Below are positions 23,323-35,845 of a stretch of 64,000 nt of DNA, piece by piece. Below the pieces are notes generated by a model. That model searched no databases, was not told where the DNA came from, and worked only from the letters and a program-made list of their open reading frames with translations. Origin of the DNA: Squalus acanthias (taxonomy: Eukaryota); NCBI GenBank assembly GCA_030390025.1, contig JASTWF010000325.1:372001-436000 (forward strand), read 5' to 3'. A program made the translations under genes and the position numbers. Numbering within the stretch: the stretch's first letter is position 1; each line of letters opens with the position of its first letter.

Positions 23323-26300
23323 AGTGTGTGAGAGATACAGATACCGTACCGCGAGTGTGTGATATACAGATACTGTACCGCGAGTGTGTGATATACAGAT
23401 ACTGTACCGCGAGTGTGTGATATACAGATACCGTACCCGGTGTGTGAGATAGATACCGTACCCGGTGTGTGATATACAGATACCGTACCCGGTGTGTGAT
23501 ATACAGATACCGTACCCCGTGTGTGAGAATACAGATACTGTACCCCGTGTGTGAGAATACAGATACTGTACCGCGAGTGTGTGATATACAGATACTGTAC
23601 CGCGAGTGTGTGATATACAGATACCGTACCCCGTGTGTGTGATATACAGATACCGTACCCCGTGTGATATACAGATACTGTACACCGTGTGTGTGATATA
23701 CAAATACTGTACCCCGTGTGTGTGATATACAGATACTGTACCCCGTGTGTGTGTGATATACAGATACCGTACCCCGTGTGTGCGATATACAGATATCATA
23801 CCCCGTGTGTGTGATATACAGATACCGTACCCAGTGTGTGTGATATACAGATACTGTACCCCGTGTGTGTGATATAAAGATACTGTACCCCGTGTGTGTG
23901 ATATAAAGATACTGTACCCCGTGTGTGTGATATAAAGATACTGTACCCCGTGTGTGTGATATAAAGATACTGTACCCCGTGTGTGTGATATACAGATACA
24001 GTACCCCGTGTGTGATCTTCAGATACTGTACCCCGTGTGTGATATACAGATACTGTACCCCGTGTGTGTGCTATACAGATACTGTACCCCGTGTGTGTGA
24101 TATACAGATACTGTACCCCGTGTGTGATATACAGATACTGTACCCCGTGTGTGTGATATACAGATACTGTACCCCGTGTGTGATATACAGATACCGTACC
24201 CCGTGTGTGTGATATACAGATACTGTACCCCGTGTGTGTGATATACAGATACCGTACCCCGTGTGTGATATACAGATACCGTACCCCGTGTGTGTGATAT
24301 ACAGATACTGTACCCCGTGTGTGTGATATACAGATACTGTACCTCGTGTGTGATATACAGATACCGTACCCCGTGTGTGATATACAGATACTGTACCCCG
24401 TGTGTGTGATATACAGATACCGTACCCCGTGTGTGTGATATACAGATACTGTACCCCGTGTGTGTGATATACAGATACTGTACCCCGTGTGTGTGATATA
24501 CAGATACTGTACCCCGTGTGTGATATACAGATACTGTACCCCGTGTGTGATATACAGATACTGTACCCCGTGTGTGTGATATACAGATACTGTACCCCGT
24601 GTGTGTGCTATACAGATACTGTACCCCGTGTGTGTGTGATATACAGATACTGTACCCCGTGTGTGTGATATACAGATACTGTACCCCGTGTGTGTGATAT
24701 ACAGTTACTGTACCGCGAGTGTGTGATATATACAGATACTGTACCGCGAGTGTGTGATATACAGATACTGTACCACGTGTGTGTGATATACAGATACCGT
24801 ACCCCGTGTGTGTGATATACAGATACCGTACCCCGTCTGTGTGATATACAGATACTGTACCTCGTGTGTGTGATATACAGATACCGTACCCCGTGTGTGT
24901 GATATACAGATACCGTACCCCGTCTGTGTGATATACAGATACTGTACCTCGTCTGTGTGATATACAGATACCGTACCCCGTGTATGTGATATACAGATAC
25001 CGTACCCAGTGTGTGATATACAGATACCGTACCCCGTGTGTGATATACAGATACTGTACCCCGTGTGTGATAGACAGATACTTTACCCCGTGTGTTTGAT
25101 ATACAGATACCGTACCCCGTTTGTGAGATATACAGATACCGTACCCAGTGTGTGATATACAGATACCGTACCCCGTGTGAGATATACAGATACCGTACCC
25201 CGTGTGAGATATACAGATACCGTACCCCGTGTGTGATATACAGATACTGTACCCCGTGTGTGTGATATACAGATACAGTACCCCGTGTGTGTCCCATACA
25301 GATACCGTACCCCGTGTGTGATATACAGATACTGTGCCCCGTGTGTGTAATATAAAGATACTGTACCCCGTGTGTGTTATACAGATACTGTACCCCGTGT
25401 GTGATATACAGATACTGTACCCCGTGTGTGTTATACAGATACTGTACCCCGTGTGTGATATACAGATACTGTACCCCGTGTGTGATATACAGATACCGTA
25501 TCCAGTGTGTGATATACAGATACCGTACCCCGTGTGAGATATACAGATACCGTACCCCGTGTGTGATATACAGATACTGTACCCCGTGTGTGTGATATAC
25601 AGATACTGTACTCCGTGTGTGATATACAGATACTGTACCCCGTGTGTGTGATATACAGTTACCGTACCCCGTGTGTGTGATATTAAGATACTGTACCCCG
25701 TGTGTGATATACAGATACCGTACCCCGTGTGTGATATACAGATACCGTACCCCGTGTGTGATATACAGATACCGTACCCCGTGTGTGATATACAGATACC
25801 GTACCCCGTGTGTGATATACAGATACTGTACCCCGTGTGTGATATACAGATACTGTGCCCCGTGTGTGTGATATACAGATACAGTACTCCGTGTGCGAGA
25901 TATACAGATACCGTACCCAGTGTGTGATATACAGATACAGTACCCCGTGTGAGATATACAGATACCGTACCCCGTGTGTGATATACAGATACTGTACCCC
26001 GTGTGTGTGATATAAAGATACTGTACCCCGTGTGTGTTATACAGATACTGTACCCCGTGTGTGATATACAGATACTGTACCCCGTGTGTGATATACAGAT
26101 ACCGTACCCCGTGTGTTATATACAGATACTGTGCCCCGTGTGTGATATACAGATACTTTACCCCGTGTGTTTGATATACAGATACCGTACCCCGTTTGTG
26201 AGATATACAGATACCGTACCCAGTGTGTGATATACAGATACTGTACCCCGTGTGTGTGATATACAGATACTGTACCCCGTGTGTGATATACAGATACTTT

Positions 26301-29300
26301 ACCCCGTGTGTTTGATATACAGATACCGTACCCCGTTTGTGAGATATACAGATACCGTACCCAGTGTGTGATATACAGATACTGTACCCCGTGTGTGTGA
26401 TATACAGATACTGTACCCCATGTGTGATATACAGATACTGTACCCAGTGTGATATACAGATACTGTACCCAGTGTGTGTGATATACAGATACTGTACCCC
26501 GTGTGTGTGATATAAAGATACTGTACCCCGTGTGTGTTATACAGATACTGTACCCCGTGTGTGATATACAGATACTGTACCCCGTGTGTGATATACAGAT
26601 ACCGTACCCCATGTGTTATATACAGATACTGTGCCCCGTGTGTGATATACAGATACTTTACCCCGTGTGTTTGATATACAGATACCGTACCCCGTTTGTG
26701 AGATATACAGATACCGTACCCAGTGTGTGATATACAGATACTGTACCCCGTGTGTGTGATATACAGATACTGTACCCCGTGTGTGATATACAGATACTGT
26801 ACCCAGTGTGATATACAGATACTGTACCCAGTGTGTGTGATATACAGATACTGTACCCAGTGTGATATACAGATACTGTACCCAGTGTGTGTGATATACA
26901 GATACTGTACCCAGTGTGATATACAGATACTGTACCCAGTGTGTGTGATATACAGATACTGTACCCAGTGTGATATACAGATACTGTACCCAGTGTGTGT
27001 GATATATAGATACTGTACCCCGTGTGTGTGATATACAGATACTGTACCCCGTGTGTGTGATATACAGATACCGTACCCCGTGTGTGATATACAGATACTG
27101 TACCCCGTGTGTGTGATATACAGATACTGTACCCCGTGTGTGATATACAGATACTGTACCCCGTGTGTGTGATATACAGATACTGTAACCCGTGTGTGAT
27201 ATACAGATACTGTACCCCGTGTGTGATATACAGATACTGTACCCCATGTGTGATATACAGATACTGTACCCCGTGTGTGTCCCATACAGATACTGTACCC
27301 CGTGTGTGTGTGATATACAGATACTGTACCCCGTGTGTGTGATATACAGATACTGTACCCCGTGTGTGTGATATACAGTTACTGTACCGCGAGTGTGTGA
27401 TATATACAGATACTGTACCGCGAGTGTGTGATATACAGATACTGTACCACGTGTGTGTGATATACAGATACCGTACCCCGTGTGTGTGATATACAGATAC
27501 CGTACCCCGTCTGTGTGATATACAGATACTGTACCTCGTGTGTGTGATATACAGATACCGTACCCCGTGTATGTGATATATAGATACCGTACCCAGTGTG
27601 TGATATACAGATACCGTACCCCGTGTGTGATATACAGATACTGTACCCCGTGTGTGATAGACAGATACTTTACCCCGTGTGTTTGATATACAGATACCGT
27701 ACCCCGTTTGTGAGATATACAGATACCGTACCCAGTGTGTGATATACAGATACCGTACCCCGTGTGAGATATACAGATACCGTACCCCGTGTGAGATATA
27801 CAGATACCGTACCCCGTGTGTGATATACAGATACTGTACCCCGTGTGTGTGATATACAGATACAGTACCTCGTGTGTGTCCCATACAGATACCGTACCCC
27901 GTGTGTGATATACAGATACTGTGCCCCGTGTGTGTGATATAAAGATACTGTACCCCGTGTGTGTTATACAGATACTGTACCCCGTGTGTGATATACAGAT
28001 ACTGTACCCCGTGTGTGATATACAGATACCGTATCCAGTGTGTGATATACAGATACCGTACCCCGTGTGAGATATACAGATACCGTACCCCGTGTGTGAT
28101 ATACAGATACTGTACCCCGTGTGTGTGATATACAGATACTGTACTCCGTGTGTGATATACAGATACCGTACCCCGTGTGTGTGATATTAAGATACTGTAC
28201 CCCGTGTGTGATATACAGATACCGTACCCCGTGTGTGTGTGATATACAGATACCGTACCCCGTGTGTGATATACAGATACCGTACCCCGTGTGTGATATA
28301 CAGATACCGTACCCCGTGTGTGATATACAGATACTGTACCCCGTGTGTGATATACAGATACTGTGCCCCGTGTGTGTGATATACAGATACAGTACTCCGT
28401 GTGCGAGATATACAGATACCGTACCCAGTGTGTGATATACAGATACAGTACCCCGTGTGAGATATACAGATACCGTACCCCGTGTGTGATATACAGATAC
28501 TGTACCCCGTGTGTGTGATATAAAGATACTGTACCCCGTGTGTGTTATACAGATACTGTACCCCGTGTGTGATATACAGATACTGTACCCCGTGTGTGAT
28601 ATACAGATACCGTACCCCGTGTGTTATATACAGATACTGTGCCCCGTGTGTGATATACAGATACTTTACCCCGTGTGTTTGATATACAGATACCGTACCC
28701 CGTTTGTGAGATATACAGATACCGTACCCAGTGTGTGATATACAGATACTGTACCCCGTGTGTGTGATATACAGATACTGTACCCCATGTGTGATATACA
28801 GATACTGTACCCAGTGTGATATACAGATACTGTACCCAGTGTGTGTGATATACAGATACTGTACCCAGTGTGATATACAGATACTGTACCCAGTGTGTGT
28901 GATATACAGATACTGTACCCAGTGTGATATACAGATACTGTACCCCGTGTGATATACAGATACTGTACCCCGTGTGTGTGATATACAGATACTGTACCCA
29001 GTGTGATATACAGATACTGTACCCAGTGTGTGATATACAGATACCGTACCCCGTGTGTGATATACAGATACCGTACCCCGTGTGTGATATACAGATACTT
29101 TACCCCGTGTGTTTGATATACAGATACCGTACCCCGTTTGTGAGATATACAGATACCGTACCCAGTGTGTGATATACAGATACTGTACCCCGTGTGTGTG
29201 ATATACAGATACTGTACCCAGTGTGATATACAGATACTGTACCCAGTGTGATATACAGATACTGTACCCAGTGTGTGTGATATACAGATACTGTACCCAG

Positions 29301-30805
29301 TGTGATATACAGATACTGTACCCAGTGTGTGTGATATACAGATACTGTACCCAGTGTGATATACAGATACTGTACCCAGTGTGTGTGATATACAGATACT
29401 GTACCCAGTGTGTGTGATATACAGATACTGTACCCAGTGTGATATACAGATACTGTACCCAGTGTGTGTGATATACAGATACTGTACCCAGTGTGATATA
29501 CAGATACTGTACCCAGTGTGTGTGATACAGATACTGTACCCAGTGTGATATACAGATACCATACCCCGTGTGTTATATACAGATACTGTACCCAGTGTGT
29601 GTGATACAGATACTGTACCCAGTGTGATATACAGATACTGTACCCAGTGTGTGTGATATACAGATACTGTACCCAGTGTGTGTGATATACAGATACTGTA
29701 CCCAGTGTGTGTGATATACAGATACTGTACCCAGTGTGATATACAGATACTGTACCCAGTGTGTGTGATATACAGATACTGTACCCAGTGTGATATACAG
29801 ATACTGTACCCAGTGTGTGTGATATACAGATACTGTACCCAGTGTGTGTGATATACAGATACTGTACCCAGTGTGATATACAGATACTGTACCCAGTGTG
29901 TGTGATATACAGATACTGTACCCAGTGTGATATACAGATACTGTACCCAGTGTGTGTGATACAGATACTGTACCCCGTGTGTGATATACAGATACTGTAC
30001 CCAGTGTGTGTGATATACAGATACTGTACCCAGTGTGTGTGATATACAGATACTGTACCCAGTGTGATATACAGATACTGTACCCAGTGTGTGTGATATA
30101 CAGATACCGTTCCCCGTGTGTGTGATACAGATACTGTACCCAGTGTGATATACAGATACTGTACCCAGTGTGTGTGATATACAGATACTGTACCCAGTGT
30201 GTGTGATATACAGATACTGTACCCCGTGTGTGTGATACAGATACTGTACCCCGTGTGTGATATACAGATACTGTACCCCGTGTGTGATATACAGATACTG
30301 TACCCCGTGTGTGTGATACAGATACTGTACCCCGTGTGTGATATACAGATACTGTACCCCGTGTGTGATATACAGATACTGTACCCCGTGTGTGTGATAC
30401 AGATACTGTACCCCGTGTGTGATATACAGATACTGTACCCCGTGTGTGATATACAGATACTGTACCCCGTGTGTGTGATACAGATACTGTACCCCGTGTG
30501 TGATATACAGATACTGTACCCCGTGTGTGTGATACAGATACTGTACCCCGTGTGTGATATACAGATACTGTACCCCGTGTGTGATATACAGATACCATAC
30601 CCCGTGTGTGTGATATACAGATACTGTACCCCGTGTGTGTGATATACAGATACTGTACCCCGTGTGTGTGATATACAGATACCGTACCCCGTGTGTGATA
30701 CAGATACTGTACCCCGTGTGTGTGATACAGATACCGTACCCCGTGTGTGATACAGATACTGTACCCCGTGTGTGTGATACAGATACTGTACCCCGTGTGT
30801 GTGTT
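23323..30805. repeat. 7.5-kb minisatellite, ~25-31-bp unit
   Basis: gatatacagatac(t/c)gtaccc(c/a)gtgtgt(gt) units. Confidence 0.97.
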
Positions 30806-30815
30806 AAATACCATT

Positions 30816-31575
30816 GGGGAAATATTCGGTATTGACCATTTTGGGGTGCTAATTAGTGCCGGCGACGGTGAAATTGAGTTTTAGAGTCGTAAGAGGGATG
30901 TGGATCACTAAATCAACTGCTGCACACTTCTCTTAGGGCGCTAGCATCGGAATGCAGGGCGCTACGTTCAGCACTAAATCAACTGCTGCACACTTCTCTT
31001 AGGGCGCTAGCATCGGAATGCAGGGCGCTACGTTCAGAGCGCTACTCAAGTTCCGGCGCTGTCAATTAGAAAGTACTCAGACAGGCTGGCGCCTTCCAGT
31101 TCTTAAAGGGGAGGGTCAATGATGCTGCACAGCCTCACTCTGATCATTGCTGCTTGTGAACTGGGCCTGCAAGGAGCTGCAAGCCTTCACCTAAGAAGTA
31201 ATGGCTGATCAGAGGACGTAGGAATGTTCAGAGCAATACAAGTGAAGAAACTGTTAGAGCAGCAACAAAGCAAAAATGAGAAAATTTGAACGCAGCCAAA
31301 ACACTATCTGACAAGCCAGCGACGAATCTGACCTCCCAATGAACCGGTAAGTGTTCCCTTTAAATAGCGCCCCGGGAGCAGCAATCCCAGGTATCAACGC
31401 CTGCTGTTTCTGTCGTTCTCAGCGTCAGGCGGTAAGTCAGGGGAAGCGACTGAACTTCGCATCTGGGGCGCTAACGGGGCGCTGCACACTCACTGACGTC
31501 ACGGTCTGTGCGGCGCTAGAGGGCCAGGCGCTGAGTGTTAGCGCCGGTGCTAAATGCCGACTCAATTTTGCGGGC
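30816..31575. mobile_element. Older Harbinger-like MITE with an internal 66-bp tandem duplication
   Basis: Begins ggggaaatatt and ends aattttgcgggc. CG-rich gcgcta/tagcgc subterminal motifs and a cttaaagggga motif resemble the other MITEs. Duplication at 30906-31037. No clear TSD. Confidence 0.5.
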
Positions 31576-31985
31576 GGTGTTGGAATCACTGTGCCCGGGC
31601 CATAGGTTAGATGTTGAACAATCCCCAGTGAGCCAGACTGCACCGGCCCAGACACTCAGTGATTAATTGGACACTAGAAGAGGAGACTAAGCCTTGCTGG
31701 GTTCATGGGGTGGTGAAATGCTGGGCGTCCATGGGTGCGTGAGGCCTCCTGTGGAGTATTATGTGCTGTCTGAGGGGAATCAGCTGTCGTGCAGTGTCGC
31801 AGGTCCCAGCTGGGCGGTCTATGTAGAGATGCGGTGCTGAGACCTCGGAGGTGACTTTGAGTTCCCGCTGGTGTTGACCCACTACCCTGCCACCCCACCC
31901 CACCCCCCCATGATTGCCATGGTCCTTCACAGGGGCAGATGGCCCCCAGCACCTCCCCCACTGTCCTGCTCTTGGTTCCCATTAC

Positions 31986-32092
31986 CTCTTGGCCGAGGCA
32001 TTGCAGTGCTGATGCTGTTGTCTCTCGCTTTACTCTCTTGGTGTCTGTTGTTTTTGAGAAGGGTTTCTTCACTGGACACGTCATATTCCGCT
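31986..32092 (-). CDS. CACNA1S: Internal coding exon of the CACNA1S-like gene
   Basis: tag/gtaatg boundaries, 107 nt, phase 1-0. ERNMTCPVKKPFSKTTDTKRVKRETTASALQCLGQE; the phases bridge the neighbouring exons exactly, and ASALQCL resembles the Cav1 ASFHLECL motif. Confidence 0.6.
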
Positions 32093-32171
32093 CTAGAATC
32101 ATCAGAATAGCACACTGGTTACTAATCGACACACAACACTCTTACACATCAAACAAGGAGGTTCAAAAGAA

Positions 32172-32447
32172 AAGACAAGTCTTGCATTTCTATAGCTCCC
32201 TGCATGACCTCAGGACGTCCCAAAGCGCTTTAAAGCCAATGAAGTATTTTTGAACTGTAGCCACTGTTGTAGTTTAGGAAATGCAGCAGCCAACTTGCGT
32301 ACAGCAAACTCCCACAAACAGCAATGTGATAATCTGTTTTAGTGATGTTTTGTGACGGCCTAGATTTGTGCGCTCATGTCTCTGGAGTGGGACTAGAACC
32401 CACGAACTTCTGACTCAGAGGAGAGAGTGCTGCCACTGAGCCATGGC
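32172..32447 (-). mobile_element. tRNA-derived SINE with L2-like tail (Deu-SINE-like), internally deleted
   Basis: Minus-strand head tggctcagtggcagc...gggttctagtcc; tail gctatagaaatgcaag. Confidence 0.7.
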
Positions 32448-32544
32448 GGACACTGTAAAATACACGTTGGTGCTGGTCTATCAGTTTCTGTCACACAGGA
32501 GATTCTGTGCAGTTCATCATTGTAGAAGTGCTGTCTGGGTCCGC

Positions 32545-33196
32545 GTCACTCTGTACCATCACCAGGGGGCCCTGGAAATGAAGAGTAGAGTCACTCTGTA
32601 CCATCACCCAGGGGGCCCTGGAAATGAAGAGTAGAGTCACTCTGTACCATCACCCAGAGGGCCCTGGAAATGAAGAGTAGAGTCACTCTGTACCATCACC
32701 CTGGGGGCCCTGGAAATGAAGAGTAGAGTCACTCTGTACCATCACCCAGGGGGCCCTGGAAATGAAGAGTAGAGTCACTCTGTACCATCACCCAGAGGGC
32801 CCTGGAAATGAAGAGTAGAGTCACTCTGTACCATCACCCAGAGGGCCCTGGAAATGAAGAGTAGAGTCACTCTGTACCATCACCCAGGGGGCCCTGGAAA
32901 TGAAGAGTAGAGTCACTCTGTACCATCACCCAGGGGGCCCTGGAAATGAAGAGTAGAGTCACTCTGTACCATCACCCAGGGGGCCCTGGAAATGAAGAGT
33001 AGAGTCACTCTGTACCATCACCCAGAGGGCCCTGGAAATGAAGAGTAGAGTCACTCTGTACCATCACCCTGGGGGCCCTGGAAATGAAGAGTAGAGTCAC
33101 TCTGTACCATCACCCAGGGGGCCCTGGAAATGAAGAGTAGAGTCACTCTGTACCATCACCCAGAGGGCCCTGGAAATGAAGAGTAGAGTCACTCTG
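32545..33196. repeat. 46-bp minisatellite (~14 copies)
   Basis: agagtcactctgtaccatcacccagggggccctggaaatgaagagt units. Confidence 0.95.
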
Positions 33197-33399
33197 GCAC
33201 TTGAACCGATGGACAAACTGGTTACAGTATTTTCCAGCACAGAAACGAGGCATTCAGCCCAACTGGTCCAGTTAATGCTCCACACGAGCCTCTTTCCACC
33301 CTCCTTCATCTAACCCTTCTCAGGTTCAGCTTCACTCTCTTGATGCCAGGGCAACCCCTGACTGAACTACTGCTGGAGCTCACTGTGCCCTGCGCAAGC

Positions 33400-33728
33400 C
33401 TTCATAGAATCATACAGCACAGAAGGAGACCATTCAGCCCATCGTGCCTGTGCAGGCTCTTTGAAAGAGCTATTCAAATAGTCCCACTCCCCTGCTCTTT
33501 CCCCATAGCCCTGCAAATCTCTCCTTCAAGTATTTATCGAATTGCCTTTTGAAAGTTATTATTGAATCTGCTTCCACCACCCTTTCAGGCAGCACATTCC
33601 AGATCACAACAACTTGCTGTGTAAAAATAATTCTCATCTCCCCCTGGTTCTCTTGCCAATTATCTTCAATCTGTATCCTCTGGTTACCGACCCTCCTGCC
33701 ACTGGAAACAGTTTCTCCCTATCTACTC
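33400..33728 (-). mobile_element. CR1 3' end fragment
   Basis: catagaatcatacagcacagaagg..ccattcagccc CR1-type tail plus a decayed ORF2 end. Confidence 0.65.
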
Positions 33729-33729
33729 C

Positions 33730-35845
33730 ACACCACGATGGCTGGACCATCATGGCTAAACACTTCTTCCCCCCCTCCCCTACCCACAACCCCGTCCCCC
33801 ACATCCATGTAATCCCCAGGGAGAGGCAAAAAAACAGAAAAAACCCGGGGCCAATAAGGGAAAAAGTACCCTGTAAAATTCCTCTCCGACCCGCTCAGAC
33901 GATCAAAGCCAATCCAGGAGATCACGCGATCCAAGTGTTATTTATAAATGATGGCCCAGAAATTGATCTCGCTCTGTTCCCGCGGGGGTAAGGCTTCCCC
34001 GCGATCTCTCACTCCGCTTGTGCTTTTTCAGATCCAGCTCGCACGAACTTGATGTTCCAGACATCAGCTGGGCAGTGCTTGCGTATCCCACCGGCGTAGT
34101 GAATTCGTGCGAGCTGTGGGATCACGTGACTCAGTTAGAGCCAATGGCAGCACACCATCTTCCATTCATAAGTTTCACATACGTGCTGTGAAATCTATGA
34201 ATCTTACACCCCCCCAAAATAACAGCTAAACCTCAATTAAATTTTTTTTAGAAACCATCACATTAATAAAATAATTATAGTTAAATAAATTAACCATTTT
34301 AAATAAAAAATTAAATTTTTGAAAAAATTTAAAATCTTTTAAAAAGTTATAAAAATAAACTTACCTGTCTTTAAAGTCTCTAAAAAAGATATACCTGTTA
34401 AAAAAAATTCAAAAAAATACTTAATTCACTACTTACCTTGTTAAAAGTGGGTCTTACTCCTCCTTTTTCCATTTCTAAAATCTTCCGTACTTACCTGCGT
34501 GTCCAAAGCATGAAGTGCACAGCGTGCGCGCAGCCTGTAGCGCGCACGCGATGCACCGAGGAACCGGCCCCTTTTCAAAAGACCAAGTGCCGCTTTTCAG
34601 CGCATGCGCAGGGCATGCAGAAAACCGGCAATTGGAGTGGGAATACGCGAGAGTACGCAGTGCGTACTCTCGCGTCGCGGGATGAATTTTTGGCCCCATG
34701 TGATCTCTGCCCCAGTCAAGAACGGGTCCGATCCCTCTTGAAGGCAATGCAGAGAGTCAGCACCCACCCTACCAGCCGGCAATGTATTCCAGAGGCTCAC
34801 TACTCTCTGGGAAAAGAACCGCCTAACATCCAGTTTATTCCTACTCTTACACAAAATAAACTCATGTCCCCAGTCCTCCCCAATCTGTTAAACTGGAATA
34901 ATCAACAGGGACGCGCTTTCCAGCCCATTAACGATTTTATAGATCTCTATCAGATTGCTTCAAAGTCTACGCTATTCTAAAGTAAATAGACCAAGGTCCT
35001 TGAACCTATCTGAGTAGCGGACATTCTCTACGCTAGGAATCATTCTTGTAGCTCTCCTCTGGATTTTTCCAAGGCCACTATATCACCCACCATGTGGGGG
35101 GACCAAAGTACTGCAGATGCAGTCTGACCAGCAACTTGTATAATGACAGAATGGTGTCCTTTGATTTAAACTGAATATTAATACACCCGAGTACCTTGTT
35201 AGCTTTAGCTACAGCTTCTCCACATTGGTCATGAACCTTCAGTGATCTGTGCACAATAACACCTGGATACTTTTCTCTCTCAGCCTCTTTCAGTATTGTT
35301 CCCTGCAAATGATATGTGTGTTCTGTGTTGGCCCGCCCAACATGCATGACACTACATTTATCTAAATGAAACGCCATTTGACATTTTGTGACTCACTCCC
35401 CAAGCACATCTCAATCTTTTTGGATTTGATTGCACTCCTCTACCATCTTAACCCTTGCACAGATTTTGGTATCCTCTGCAAACTTACTGACCATACTCCC
35501 AACACACTGTCCAGGTCATTAATACAGACCGTGAAGAGTAGCGGGCCTAGGACCGATCCCTGGGGGACACCACTAGTAACATGTCTCCAAGCTGAATCAC
35601 ATCTGCTAACTACAACATTTTGGCTGCAGGATTTGAGCCAAATCCTTATCCGGCGTTTCAATTTCGACTGATACCACAAGATTCCATCTTGTGAAGTAAC
35701 CCAGTGTGAGGAACTTTATCAAAGGCTTTCTGAAAGTCCAGGTAGACAATGTCTACTGGACTTCCCTCATCCACTACCCTAGTGACTTCCTCAAAAAACT
35801 CATAAAGGGCATCTCTTACTATCCCTTTTAGCATCTTCCCATTAC
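33730..35845 (-). mobile_element. CR1-group LINE 3' part, interrupted by a MITE
   Basis: [26 protein letters not shown] and RRFFSQRVVSLWNTLP at 34700-35845. The likely 3' UTR lies at 33730-33950. Confidence 0.75.
33952..34697. mobile_element. Harbinger-like MITE with AT-rich core
   Basis: Imperfect TIRs ggcccagaaattga / tgaatttttggcccc, ATG at both flanks, CG-rich ends and an AT-rich middle. Confidence 0.6.

Noticed and set aside
22174..30835. Long low-complexity ORFs (HTRGTVSVY, CDIQILYPV, VGDWDVRDS)
   Set aside because: Translations of minisatellites, open in several frames on both strands.
31927..32115. Alternative exon frame CYSDDSRAEY...AMPRPR
   Set aside because: It ends in phase 1 and would hit a stop in the next exon; the 32092-31986 frame fits both neighbours.
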